44,122 nt of DNA from an uncultured Candidatus Saccharibacteria bacterium (GTDB lineage Bacteria; Patescibacteriota; Doudnabacteria; UBA920): the NCBI GenBank assembly GCA_964589415.1, contig CAZPRQ010000001.1, positions 11,368 to 55,489 on the forward strand, given 5' to 3'. Shown piece after piece: positions 1 to 7,082 of this stretch (within the stretch, counting starts at the first letter, position 1; every line of letters begins with the position of its first letter). The notes under the pieces were generated by a model that ran no database searches, had not been told where the DNA came from, and worked only from the letters and a program-made list of their open reading frames with translations. The translations under genes and the position numbers were made by a program.

Positions 1-50
1 AAAATAAAAACCCTCCAAAATTCACAAAATAATTTGTGATCTTGGAGGGG
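1..50 (-). terminator. Intrinsic-terminator-like hairpin downstream of ORF 91..1068
   Basis: Outer stem CCCTCCAA (11-18) / TTGGAGGG (42-49), inner stem TCACAAA (22-28) / TTTGTGA (33-39). On the minus strand it is followed by TTTTTATTTT (1-10). Confidence 0.7.
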
Positions 51-90
51 TGGCAAAGCATCTTGCAAACGCTCCGCCGGATTGCCGCTA

Positions 91-1068
91 CTACTTCTTT
101 TTCTTATCGGCCGGAACCCCGCCGATACTAACGATGTAATCTGCACCGGCCTGGATGCGCCGCCAGTCTTTGTGTTCTAACAACGACCGGTAGGCGTAAG
201 CCATTATGCCCAGATCCATGCGGACGTCGTAATCATCAAAATCAAATTCGTTTTCCAGGACACGAGGTTTTTCCAGGTCCGCCATTTCTTGGCGTGCCCG
301 TTCCACAGCATCGAGGCACTGACCCGGACCGGCGACTTCAAACAACCTGCCCACCTGCTCGAAGGTGAAACCGCATTCGACGCGTAGAAACTTTCCGACT
401 TCCCTGGCGTAGTCCCTGCGGCGGTTTTCGCGTTCGCCCTCAGCCATCTTTATTCCGGCTTGAAATTCTTGGTCAAGTCGGTCCCGCTGGGCCCTTAGTT
501 CGGCTTCGTTGTTAGTTACTACCGCCTTACCATCAATATTTGTAATCTTGTCGACAATCTGGGTAATAACCCTTTCCTGTTCACGAACCCGTCGCCAATT
601 TCCGCCGTTCACTGTCCGAGGTGTTAGGTCAATACGCTCAGTGTGATTCAGGGTGCGGATTGCTAGCATGGACTCACCGTTTTTGAGAAACTTGCCGGAT
701 GAAACCATTTCTGGCCCGACAATGCTGCCGGCCGCATATTCCTTATGCGACTCAATGTGGTAACGCTCCTCTTGAACCACCAGGACCTGGTCTTTTGGGA
801 CACGTTTGTAAATCCCGACAGCCAATAGAAGTTCGGGCGGTGCATTTTCCACTAACTTTCCGCTGTCGCAGGAATGGTCACATACCGTGTACGTCGACGG
901 AATAGGGTGACCTTTACCTTTGACGAACTTTACGCTATAGTGCCGCCTTTGTTCGGCACATAACTTGTAGTGTTGGAAGCCTTTGTCATCAGGAACAAGG
1001 CAAACATCAAACCGGACGACTCCGGCTTGCCTGCGGATCTGCTCGACCCTGTAAGTCGTTGTAAACAT
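91..1068 (-). CDS. Hypothetical protein, 325 aa, no recognisable domain; central coiled-coil-like charged segment
   Basis: Long ORF with ATG start. AGGAGG (revcomp of 1081-1086) lies about 12 nt upstream. Visibly more GC-rich than the backbone. Confidence 0.75.
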   Translation of the reverse strand: MFTTTYRVEQIRRQAGVVRFDVCLVPDDKGFQHYKLCAEQRRHYSVKFVKGKGHPIPSTYTVCDHSCDSGKLVENAPPELLLAVGIYKRVPKDQVLVVQEERYHIESHKEYAAGSIVGPEMVSSGKFLKNGESMLAIRTLNHTERIDLTPRTVNGGNWRRVREQERVITQIVDKITNIDGKAVVTNNEAELRAQRDRLDQEFQAGIKMAEGERENRRRDYAREVGKFLRVECGFTFEQVGRLFEVAGPGQCLDAVERARQEMADLEKPRVLENEFDFDDYDVRMDLGIMAYAYRSLLEHKDWRRIQAGADYIVSIGGVPADKKKK

Positions 1069-1110
1069 ACTAACTAAAATTCCTCCTACTAAGATTTTAA
1101 AAACTTCTTC

Positions 1111-1175
1111 CCTTCCAAATTCACAAAATAATTTATGAACTTAGAAGGAATTGGCAGATGGTGCGAACATCTGCC
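1111..1175 (-). terminator. Two tandem hairpins downstream of ORF 1247..1915; the first is a paralog of hairpin 11-50
   Basis: 1111-1148 shares the core TTCACAAAATAATTT(G/A)TGA with 21-39 and has flanking CCTTC/GAAGG arms. Second hairpin is GGCAGATG (1153-1160) / CATCTGCC (1168-1175). On the minus strand, GTTTTT follows the first. Confidence 0.55.
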
Positions 1176-1246
1176 GGTATGAAACGAATGTATAATCGTG
1201 GCCTTCGCACAGCCAAGTGGATCCGTTGCTTGTACAGATCCTCTTA

Positions 1247-1915
1247 CTAACCTTCATCGATTTCTGCGTCAGAATCGGGTTCGTGCCTTCGGTTGTATTC
1301 TTCGAGCGTGCAAATGCGCTGAATTCGGTCTAACTTTTTGCACATCGCTACAATGCACGGGTTTCCCAATTGCCCACGACCCTTCCTTAAAGCCTGCTCG
1401 GCCAGATGATAGATCGCAGCAATCTCCAAGAAGAACAAGGTCTCGCCCTGCAACCACTTGAGGTCCTGTGTGAAGAAATAGTGACCTAGATCGGTCTTCC
1501 GGCCGAGGTTGATCTGCAAACGGTTGAGGCCATCGCTGTCACGACACTCACCGATTGAAGATCGAGTCTTGTCGTTGATGGCGGAAAAACGATGGACGCC
1601 GTGCTTGCGGAACTGCACGTTGGTCGCGACTGCAACCGATTCCACATACCACGACCACCGGGTCGTGCTTCCATAAGTGGAGAGTGAGCAATCCTGTTCA
1701 ATGCTCGGTATATGGAGCACGTCGGAATAAATCCGGCGCCACTCCAACCTCTCCTCCTTGCCTTTTCCAACCCTGCATATCATAAAGTTGGGCTTGGGGT
1801 CGTTCTCCGAGAAACTATGGTTGTCTCCCCAGTTAATAACAGCACTTAGGAGACGGTCACGGTCTCGCTCAGGAATTTCCTGAAGCGGGATCGTAGTACA
1901 AATAAGGTGGATCAC
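1247..1915 (-). CDS. Hypothetical protein, 222 aa from the GTG start, no recognisable domain
   Basis: The ORF track opens at TTG 1978 with no SD. GTG at 1915 is preceded by GGGGAGG plus a 5-nt spacer (revcomp of 1921-1930), so I take 1915 as the start. GC-rich like 91..1068. Confidence 0.7.
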   Translation of the reverse strand: MIHLICTTIPLQEIPERDRDRLLSAVINWGDNHSFSENDPKPNFMICRVGKGKEERLEWRRIYSDVLHIPSIEQDCSLSTYGSTTRWSWYVESVAVATNVQFRKHGVHRFSAINDKTRSSIGECRDSDGLNRLQINLGRKTDLGHYFFTQDLKWLQGETLFFLEIAAIYHLAEQALRKGRGQLGNPCIVAMCKKLDRIQRICTLEEYNRRHEPDSDAEIDEG

Positions 1916-2058
1916 TTTTTCCTCCCCTATATTCTTTTCCTCCTGCGAGGACAGAAACGACTGTGATTTTGGGGCCAATCGTTAACCCATGTGGACATTG
2001 GTTCGTCCTAAATAGTGACAAAAAATCACCACTTAGCGCAAACCAAATTTTACCTACA

Positions 2059-2087
2059 ATTATGCTACTTTTTAGCTATTTTGTCAA
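2059..2087 (-). promoter_or_regulatory. Sigma70-type promoter for the 1915..91 cassette
   Basis: On the minus strand: TTGACA (2087-2082), 17-nt spacer, CATAAT (2064-2059). Lies directly after the rpsI terminator. Confidence 0.6.
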
Positions 2088-2092
2088 TAGTC

Positions 2093-2122
2093 AAAAAAAA
2101 CCACCCATTTCTGGGTGGTTTT
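2093..2122 (-). terminator. Rho-independent terminator of the ribosomal protein operon (after rpsI)
   Basis: CCACCCA (2101-2107) / TGGGTGG (2112-2118) stem, flanked by A8 (2093-2100) and T4. On the minus strand the stem is followed by T8. Confidence 0.85.
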
Positions 2123-2206
2123 AATCTGTGCAATCTGTTCCCTATCTGTGCTTCTGTGGATACTAGCGTTTAGCCAATCCATTCGATAAGCTCAGGATGG
2201 TCCAAG

Positions 2207-2758
2207 TTAACGTTTGGCCCACTGAGGAGAGCGGCGGGCGCGCTTAAGGCCTGGCTTCTTTCTTTCTTTACGCCTGTCATCGCGTGTCAAAAATCCATTT
2301 TTCTTCAAAATTTTTCTAACATCATCGTTTAACTTGGAAAGGGCTGTGGCCAAACCGTGGCGGACAGCCTCTGCCTGGGAATGAATTCCGCCGCCGTTTA
2401 CATGGGCAACAAAATAAAAGTCCCCACCAAGTCCGGTAACATCAAAAGGCTTTAAAGCTTTGTCCTGGTCAAAATTAAAATAAAAATAGTTCTTAAAAGG
2501 CTTTTTGTTTATTACAATATCCCCTTTGCCGGAAAACAAGCGGACATTAGCCACGGAAGTTTTTCTGCGTCCGGTGGCAAATACGTACCTGCCTGCTGGT
2601 ACGGACACTTCCGCGACTTTGGGAACATCTTCGACAGCTTTAACATGAACCGCTTTATGAGCGGGCTTTTCCGCGGTTTCTTTCTTTACGCGCGGAGCTC
2701 TGGGCTTTTTGACCGGCTTCTCTGCCGCGGTCTTGGTTGTAGTAGTTTTAGTTGGCAT
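2207..2758 (-). CDS. rpsI: 30S ribosomal protein S9 with a ~55-aa Lys/Ala/Pro-rich N-terminal extension
   Basis: GRRKTSVANVRL...HVNGGGIHSQAEAVRHGLATAL...KKPGLKRARRSPQWAKR is a typical S9 core and C-terminus. Confidence 0.95.
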   Translation of the reverse strand: MPTKTTTTKTAAEKPVKKPRAPRVKKETAEKPAHKAVHVKAVEDVPKVAEVSVPAGRYVFATGRRKTSVANVRLFSGKGDIVINKKPFKNYFYFNFDQDKALKPFDVTGLGGDFYFVAHVNGGGIHSQAEAVRHGLATALSKLNDDVRKILKKNGFLTRDDRRKERKKPGLKRARRSPQWAKR

Positions 2759-2838
2759 AGTATATTCGCAGATGCGCGGATATCACGGATAGCACGTTTC
2801 TGCGTAATGCAGTTAAGTTCCGGATAATTCCGCGGGAT

Positions 2839-3264
2839 TTAGATATTCTTATCTATTTTATAATTATGTTCTGTACCATTTACAGTTTTCAAACGTGACA
2901 TTATTTTCTTGCGGAATTTCAATTCATCTATCATGCTCATTACCGCCCGTTTTAAAACCTGATCCGGATGCTTCTGCATTTCCACCTTTAACTTGGATGA
3001 CTTTAAACCGCCCAAGTATCCGGAGTGTCTGTAGTAAGTTTTCTGGTCAAGCTTCCGCCCGGTAAACTTAAGCTTATCCGCGTTTACGGCCACTACAAAG
3101 TCGCCCATATCCATGTGAGGGGTAAAATTGCGCTTGTGTTTGCCTCGCAAATAATTTGCTATTTGACTGGCAACACGCCCCATGGTCTGCTTGGAAGCAT
3201 CCACCTGAATCCACTGGCGGCTAATCTCTGAAACTTTCGGTAATGTAATTTTTTGAGTCTTCAT
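2839..3264 (-). CDS. rplM: 50S ribosomal protein L13
   Basis: WIQVDASKQTMGRVASQIANYLRGKHKRNFTPHMDMGDFVVAVNADK matches the L13 signature region. Sits next to rpsI as in the canonical rplM-rpsI pair. Confidence 0.95.
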   Translation of the reverse strand: MKTQKITLPKVSEISRQWIQVDASKQTMGRVASQIANYLRGKHKRNFTPHMDMGDFVVAVNADKLKFTGRKLDQKTYYRHSGYLGGLKSSKLKVEMQKHPDQVLKRAVMSMIDELKFRKKIMSRLKTVNGTEHNYKIDKNI

Positions 3265-3348
3265 AAATAATCACTGAATGACACGGAACTTTACGCTGAA
3301 TAACGCGGAAGCCTGCATCATTTTATTTAATTCTCCATGCTTCCCATT

Positions 3349-3693
3349 TTAATCTACTAATTCAAGTATTACTTTCGACTTACCGGCTGTAGGATCGTTT
3401 AATTTAATAAGCCGGGTATATCCGCCTTTGCGTTCCTTATACTTAGGGCCCAGCACTTCCATGGCCTTCTTCGCGGCCATTGGCGTCAATTTTGCCAAAA
3501 GCTGGCGTCTGGCGTGCAAAGTACTGTCTTTGGCAGTTGTAATGGCACGCTCAACATAGCTTCGAGCTGCTCGGCCATTGGCAAAGCTGGTTTCAATACG
3601 CTCATATAAAATAGCGGACGAAGCCAAAGTCCGAAGTAGCTTCCTTCTATGGTCAGTCCCTTTTCCAAGTTTTTTCTTCTTTGCGTGTCTCAT
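3349..3693 (-). CDS. rplQ: 50S ribosomal protein L17
   Basis: MRHAKKKKLGKGTDHRRKLLRTLASSAILYERIETS is an L17 N-terminus. Follows rpoA. Confidence 0.95.
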   Translation of the reverse strand: MRHAKKKKLGKGTDHRRKLLRTLASSAILYERIETSFANGRAARSYVERAITTAKDSTLHARRQLLAKLTPMAAKKAMEVLGPKYKERKGGYTRLIKLNDPTAGKSKVILELVD

Positions 3694-3764
3694 ATAAAAT
3701 CGCTGAATGACGCGGAACCTAACGCGGAATCCACAATAATGTGGGTGCGAAAAGCTGCATCTGA

Positions 3765-4691
3765 TTATTTTCTGCCAATAAACTCTATAATTTCGTTAAT
3801 CGTCTTGTCGCCCAAACCGGAAAGATTGGAAATATCTTCACCTGAAAGCGCGTTCAATTGCGCGAAGGTTGAAATACCATTTTTAGACAGAGCGTTTTTT
3901 GCCCGTGTAGACAAGGCCGATGATTCAATTTCATTTTCACCGGAACTTTCCACTAAAGGCTCGGCCTCGGGGGCAACAACCTCTTCCGGTAAAGAAATTG
4001 CCGGAGATGATTCCAAAAACATCATGCTAAAATGATCCACCAAAATATGGGAAGCGATTGTAATAGCCTCTTCCCCTGTCATACTGCCATCGGTTTCCAT
4101 AACTAAAGTAAGTTTGTCAAAATTGGTCAATTGACCTACACGCACGTTCGTCACGTCGAAATGTACAGATTTAATGGGTGTAAAAATAGCGTCTATGGCA
4201 ATCATGCCTATTTCCGGCTTGTGGCTTTCGCGGGCTTCCACAGGCTGATAACCCCGTCCTTGCTCAATAACAAATTCCATATCCAGTTCAGCATTTTTTC
4301 CGTCTAGCGTGCCAATGTGGAGGTCTTTATTTATTATTTCAACCTGGTCAGTCTCTTTAATATCCGCCGCGGTCACCACTTTTTCACCCTTAACCTTTAA
4401 CTGAACCTTTACCGGCTCGGCCGAATGGCTTTTTACTCGCAGTTGTTTTAAATTTAATATTATTTGTATGACGTCTTCCTTAACATGAGGAATGGTTGAA
4501 AACTCATGGTCAACAAATTTTATTTTTACCGAAGTTACCGCGGCTCCGGGGAGCGACGACAAAAGAACGCGGCGCAGCGCGTTGCCAATAGTAACACCGT
4601 ATCCCGGGTATAAAGGTTCCAGGCTTATGCTGTATTTATTGTTGCCCAGGTCTTCCGACTTGGCGCGATTGGGAAGTGGAATTGCTTCCAT
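3765..4691 (-). CDS. rpoA: DNA-directed RNA polymerase alpha subunit
   Basis: LEPLYPGYGVTIGNALRRVLLSSLPGAAVTSVKI in the N-terminal domain, and a C-terminal HhH domain (LSTRAKNALSKNGISTFAQL). GGAG SD before the ATG. Confidence 0.95.
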   Translation of the reverse strand: MEAIPLPNRAKSEDLGNNKYSISLEPLYPGYGVTIGNALRRVLLSSLPGAAVTSVKIKFVDHEFSTIPHVKEDVIQIILNLKQLRVKSHSAEPVKVQLKVKGEKVVTAADIKETDQVEIINKDLHIGTLDGKNAELDMEFVIEQGRGYQPVEARESHKPEIGMIAIDAIFTPIKSVHFDVTNVRVGQLTNFDKLTLVMETDGSMTGEEAITIASHILVDHFSMMFLESSPAISLPEEVVAPEAEPLVESSGENEIESSALSTRAKNALSKNGISTFAQLNALSGEDISNLSGLGDKTINEIIEFIGRK

Positions 4692-4779
4692 AGATTCTCC
4701 AAAACTTATAACGGATAAGTCATAACCGATAACTTACCCTCGAAATCGTCATCAGTTATAAGTATTAGTTAGTTGTAAA

Positions 4780-5388
4780 TTATGTTCTGCTATAATGCTC
4801 AACTATTAGCTGAGTATTTATAATATTGCCTATCATATCTGGCGTTGGCTGAGTCAATACCTTGCCGGATAATTTTTGGGCATCCAGCTCTACCCACTCC
4901 TGAGTTTTAAAACTTTTAAGTTTTTCCTTAATTTTCTCCATATAAGCGCTTTTTTGCTTTAACGGTCTAACAGTTACTGTGTCGCCAACTTTAACCGTGT
5001 ACGAAGGTATGTCTACTTTTTTGCCATTTACTTCAAAAAATCCGTGACTCACCAACTGTCTGGACTGCGCGCGCGTTTCGGCAAAACCGAGCCTGAAAAC
5101 TATATTGTCGAGCCTCAACTCTAACAAACGAAGCAAGTTTTCACCGGTAACCCCAACTTGTTTTAAAGCGCGCTCAAAATAATTGGCAAACTGGCGTTCT
5201 TGTACGCCATAATTAATTTTCGCTTTTTGCTTTTCTCTTAGCTGTATGCCGTATTCCGAAAGCCTTACCCTGCTTTGCCCGTGCTGACCGGGAGCGTAAC
5301 TGCGTTTTTGAAGGACTTTGGCATCTTTAGTGGTAAATGCCATGCCTAGCCGGCGGGCTTTTTTCGATTTAGGGCCAGTGTATCTCAT
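4780..5388 (-). CDS. rpsD: 30S ribosomal protein S4
   Basis: MRYTGPKSKKARRLG...LEKQFANY-like segment...RLDNIVFRLGFAETRAQSRQLVSHGFFEVNGKKVDIPSY (S4 domain). Confidence 0.95.
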   Translation of the reverse strand: MRYTGPKSKKARRLGMAFTTKDAKVLQKRSYAPGQHGQSRVRLSEYGIQLREKQKAKINYGVQERQFANYFERALKQVGVTGENLLRLLELRLDNIVFRLGFAETRAQSRQLVSHGFFEVNGKKVDIPSYTVKVGDTVTVRPLKQKSAYMEKIKEKLKSFKTQEWVELDAQKLSGKVLTQPTPDMIGNIINTQLIVEHYSRT

Positions 5389-5526
5389 AGATTAACTAAT
5401 AATAATTCTCATCTAGTAAAAATAAAGTTTTCCCTCCGCAAGCCGCGGGGTATTGAAACCTGTATTAGCTCCTCGGCTCGCTTATCCCGCCATGGCGGGA
5501 TAGACTCGCCTACGTCGCGAATAAAA
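5389..5526 (-). promoter_or_regulatory. Structured rpsK-rpsD spacer (possible attenuator or autoregulatory leader)
   Basis: 20-nt perfect palindrome TATCCCGCCATGGCGGGATA (5483-5502). On the minus strand there is also a GC hairpin CCCCGCGGCTTGCGGAGGG followed by AAAACTTTATTTTT. Confidence 0.4.
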
Positions 5527-5994
5527 CTATACGCGTCTGGGTTTTTTGGGGCGTATACCGCCATGTGGAATGGGTGTTTGGTCTTTAATGGAAATAACGT
5601 TTAAACCACTTCCCTGCAGAGCCCTTACCGCGGACTCTCGTCCGCTGCCAATGCCCTTAATAAAAACATCAACTTCGGTCAAACCTCTCTCCTTTAGGCG
5701 CGCGAGAGTATCTTCCATGGTTTTTTGCCCCGCGTAGGGAGTAGATTTCTTAGAGCCTTTAAACCCAATTTTACCCGCGGAACTCCATAAAATAACATTA
5801 CCCGTAAGGTCGGTTACCGAAACTATGGTGTTGTTGTATGTGGAATTAATAAAAATTTTGCCTTTTGTAATTTTAGCTTTAGACTTCTTTTTCTTTGACT
5901 TGATTTTAGTGGCAACTTCAACAGAAGCTTCCGTCTTGGGAGCTTCTTCTGTTACTGCCGCTGTTAAGATTTGAGTTGTAGTTGTTTCTTCCAT
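5527..5994 (-). CDS. rpsK: 30S ribosomal protein S11 with a ~25-aa N-terminal extension
   Basis: GKIFINSTYNNTIVSVTDLTGNVILWSSAG...TPYAGQ...IKGIGSGRESAVRALQ...DQTPIPHGGIRPKKPRRV. Confidence 0.95.
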   Translation of the reverse strand: MEETTTTQILTAAVTEEAPKTEASVEVATKIKSKKKKSKAKITKGKIFINSTYNNTIVSVTDLTGNVILWSSAGKIGFKGSKKSTPYAGQKTMEDTLARLKERGLTEVDVFIKGIGSGRESAVRALQGSGLNVISIKDQTPIPHGGIRPKKPRRV

Positions 5995-6033
5995 ATTTTA
6001 TCCGCAAATTAATTGCTGATTGGTAAGCTGTGT

Positions 6034-6423
6034 CTAGGTTTTTTCCGCGGATGTCTTACGTCCACTGCCAGCCGTTTTTCTTACATTCCCTCTGCGCGTC
6101 CGGGAATTGGTTTTAGTGCGCTGTCCCCGTACCGGCAAACCCCGAATATGGCGAATCCCTCTATAAGCACCCATTTCTTTTAGCTGCTTAATGTTGAGCA
6201 GGATTTGCTGGCGCAGTTCGCCTTCTACCTTAAAATTCTTTTCTATATATTCACGAATTCTATTCAATTCTTCTTCGCTTAAGTCTTTGGTTCGCTTATC
6301 CGCGTTTATGCTTATCTCTTTAAGAATTTTTTTTGCCAAGGACAAGCCAATACCATAAATATACGGCAGGGCCGCTTCAATTCTTTTTTCGTTGGGGATA
6401 TTTACACCTGCGATTCTAGCCAT
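6034..6423 (-). CDS. rpsM: 30S ribosomal protein S13
   Basis: [26 protein letters not shown]...[26 protein letters not shown]. Confidence 0.95.
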   Translation of the reverse strand: MARIAGVNIPNEKRIEAALPYIYGIGLSLAKKILKEISINADKRTKDLSEEELNRIREYIEKNFKVEGELRQQILLNIKQLKEMGAYRGIRHIRGLPVRGQRTKTNSRTRRGNVRKTAGSGRKTSAEKT

Positions 6424-6511
6424 ACTGTTAAGTTAAAAGTTTATCAAGTTATCAAGTCAAGGAAAGTTTATCAAGTAAGTATTTTTCGCCTACACCTTGA
6501 TAATTTATACA

Positions 6512-6625
6512 CTAGCCCTGTCTTTGCTTATGCTTTGGATTTTCACAAATTATATAAACTCGGCCAAATCGTTTGACTACTTTACATTTTTTACACATTG
6601 GTTTTACCGAAGATCTAACTTTCAT
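6512..6625 (-). CDS. rpmJ: 50S ribosomal protein L36 (37 aa; below the ORF-track cutoff)
   Basis: My translation of the minus strand gives [37 protein letters not shown]. This has the classic L36 Cys/His pattern and lies between infA and rpsM. Confidence 0.9.
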   Translation of the reverse strand: MKVRSSVKPMCKKCKVVKRFGRVYIICENPKHKQRQG

Positions 6626-6692
6626 ATGTTTAAATAATTTGGCGGAAAGTATTCCGCGTCTTATAATAATTGAAATCTGGCGCTATTTTTAT

Positions 6693-6944
6693 CTACCTTA
6701 ACCTTCGAGTAATTCTACCTTTGCTTAGATCATACGGGGTCATTTCAATTAACACCCTATCACCCGGCAAAATACGTATCATGTTAATTTTCATTTTTCC
6801 TGCCAAATACCCCAAAACAAGCTGTCCGGAATCTAATTGGACGCGAAAAATAGCACTGGGTAAATTCTCTATGACTTTGCCCTCAAGTTCAATGCTATCT
6901 TTATTTTTTCCAGACTTCCCAAAGTCTTGCGTGCGGTGAGACAA
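6693..6944 (-). CDS. infA: Translation initiation factor IF-1 (start uncertain, apparent TTG)
   Basis: [64 protein letters not shown] is an S1-like IF-1 core. The only canonical in-frame start upstream of the core is TTG 6944, which has no SD. Confidence 0.88.
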   Translation of the reverse strand: MSHRTQDFGKSGKNKDSIELEGKVIENLPSAIFRVQLDSGQLVLGYLAGKMKINMIRILPGDRVLIEMTPYDLSKGRITRRLR

Positions 6945-6980
6945 AATATAATAAAACGAAGTTACTTAATATACTGCTAT

Positions 6981-7008
6981 ATTTTAACACAAATAAAAAA
7001 CTTGTCAA
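6981..7008 (-). promoter_or_regulatory. Sigma70-type promoter with extended -10, driving the infA-to-rpsI operon
   Basis: On the minus strand: TTGACA (7008-7003), 16-nt spacer, TGT-TAAAAT (6989-6981). About 35 nt upstream of the infA start. Confidence 0.65.
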
Positions 7009-7082
7009 ATTTTTTACGTAATAAATTTTGGCTTATTTAAAAGGCTATTTTATATTTTCTTACGGAAACCTGCTTTGTTTGG

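Noticed and set aside
11-1148. Integron-type gene cassettes with attC sites
   Set aside because: The two hairpins lack recognisable RYYYAAC/GTTRRRY core sites, and no integrase or attI is present. T-runs make terminators the simpler reading. Kept only as a remote alternative.
1916-1978. TTG start at 1978 for the 243-aa ORF given in the track
   Set aside because: There is no SD before the TTG. GTG at 1915 has GGGGAGG at ideal spacing, so the extra 21 codons are probably 5' UTR.
3649-4035. 128-aa plus-strand ORF
   Set aside because: It is antisense to rpoA and rplQ, whose identities are unambiguous. It is a shadow ORF.
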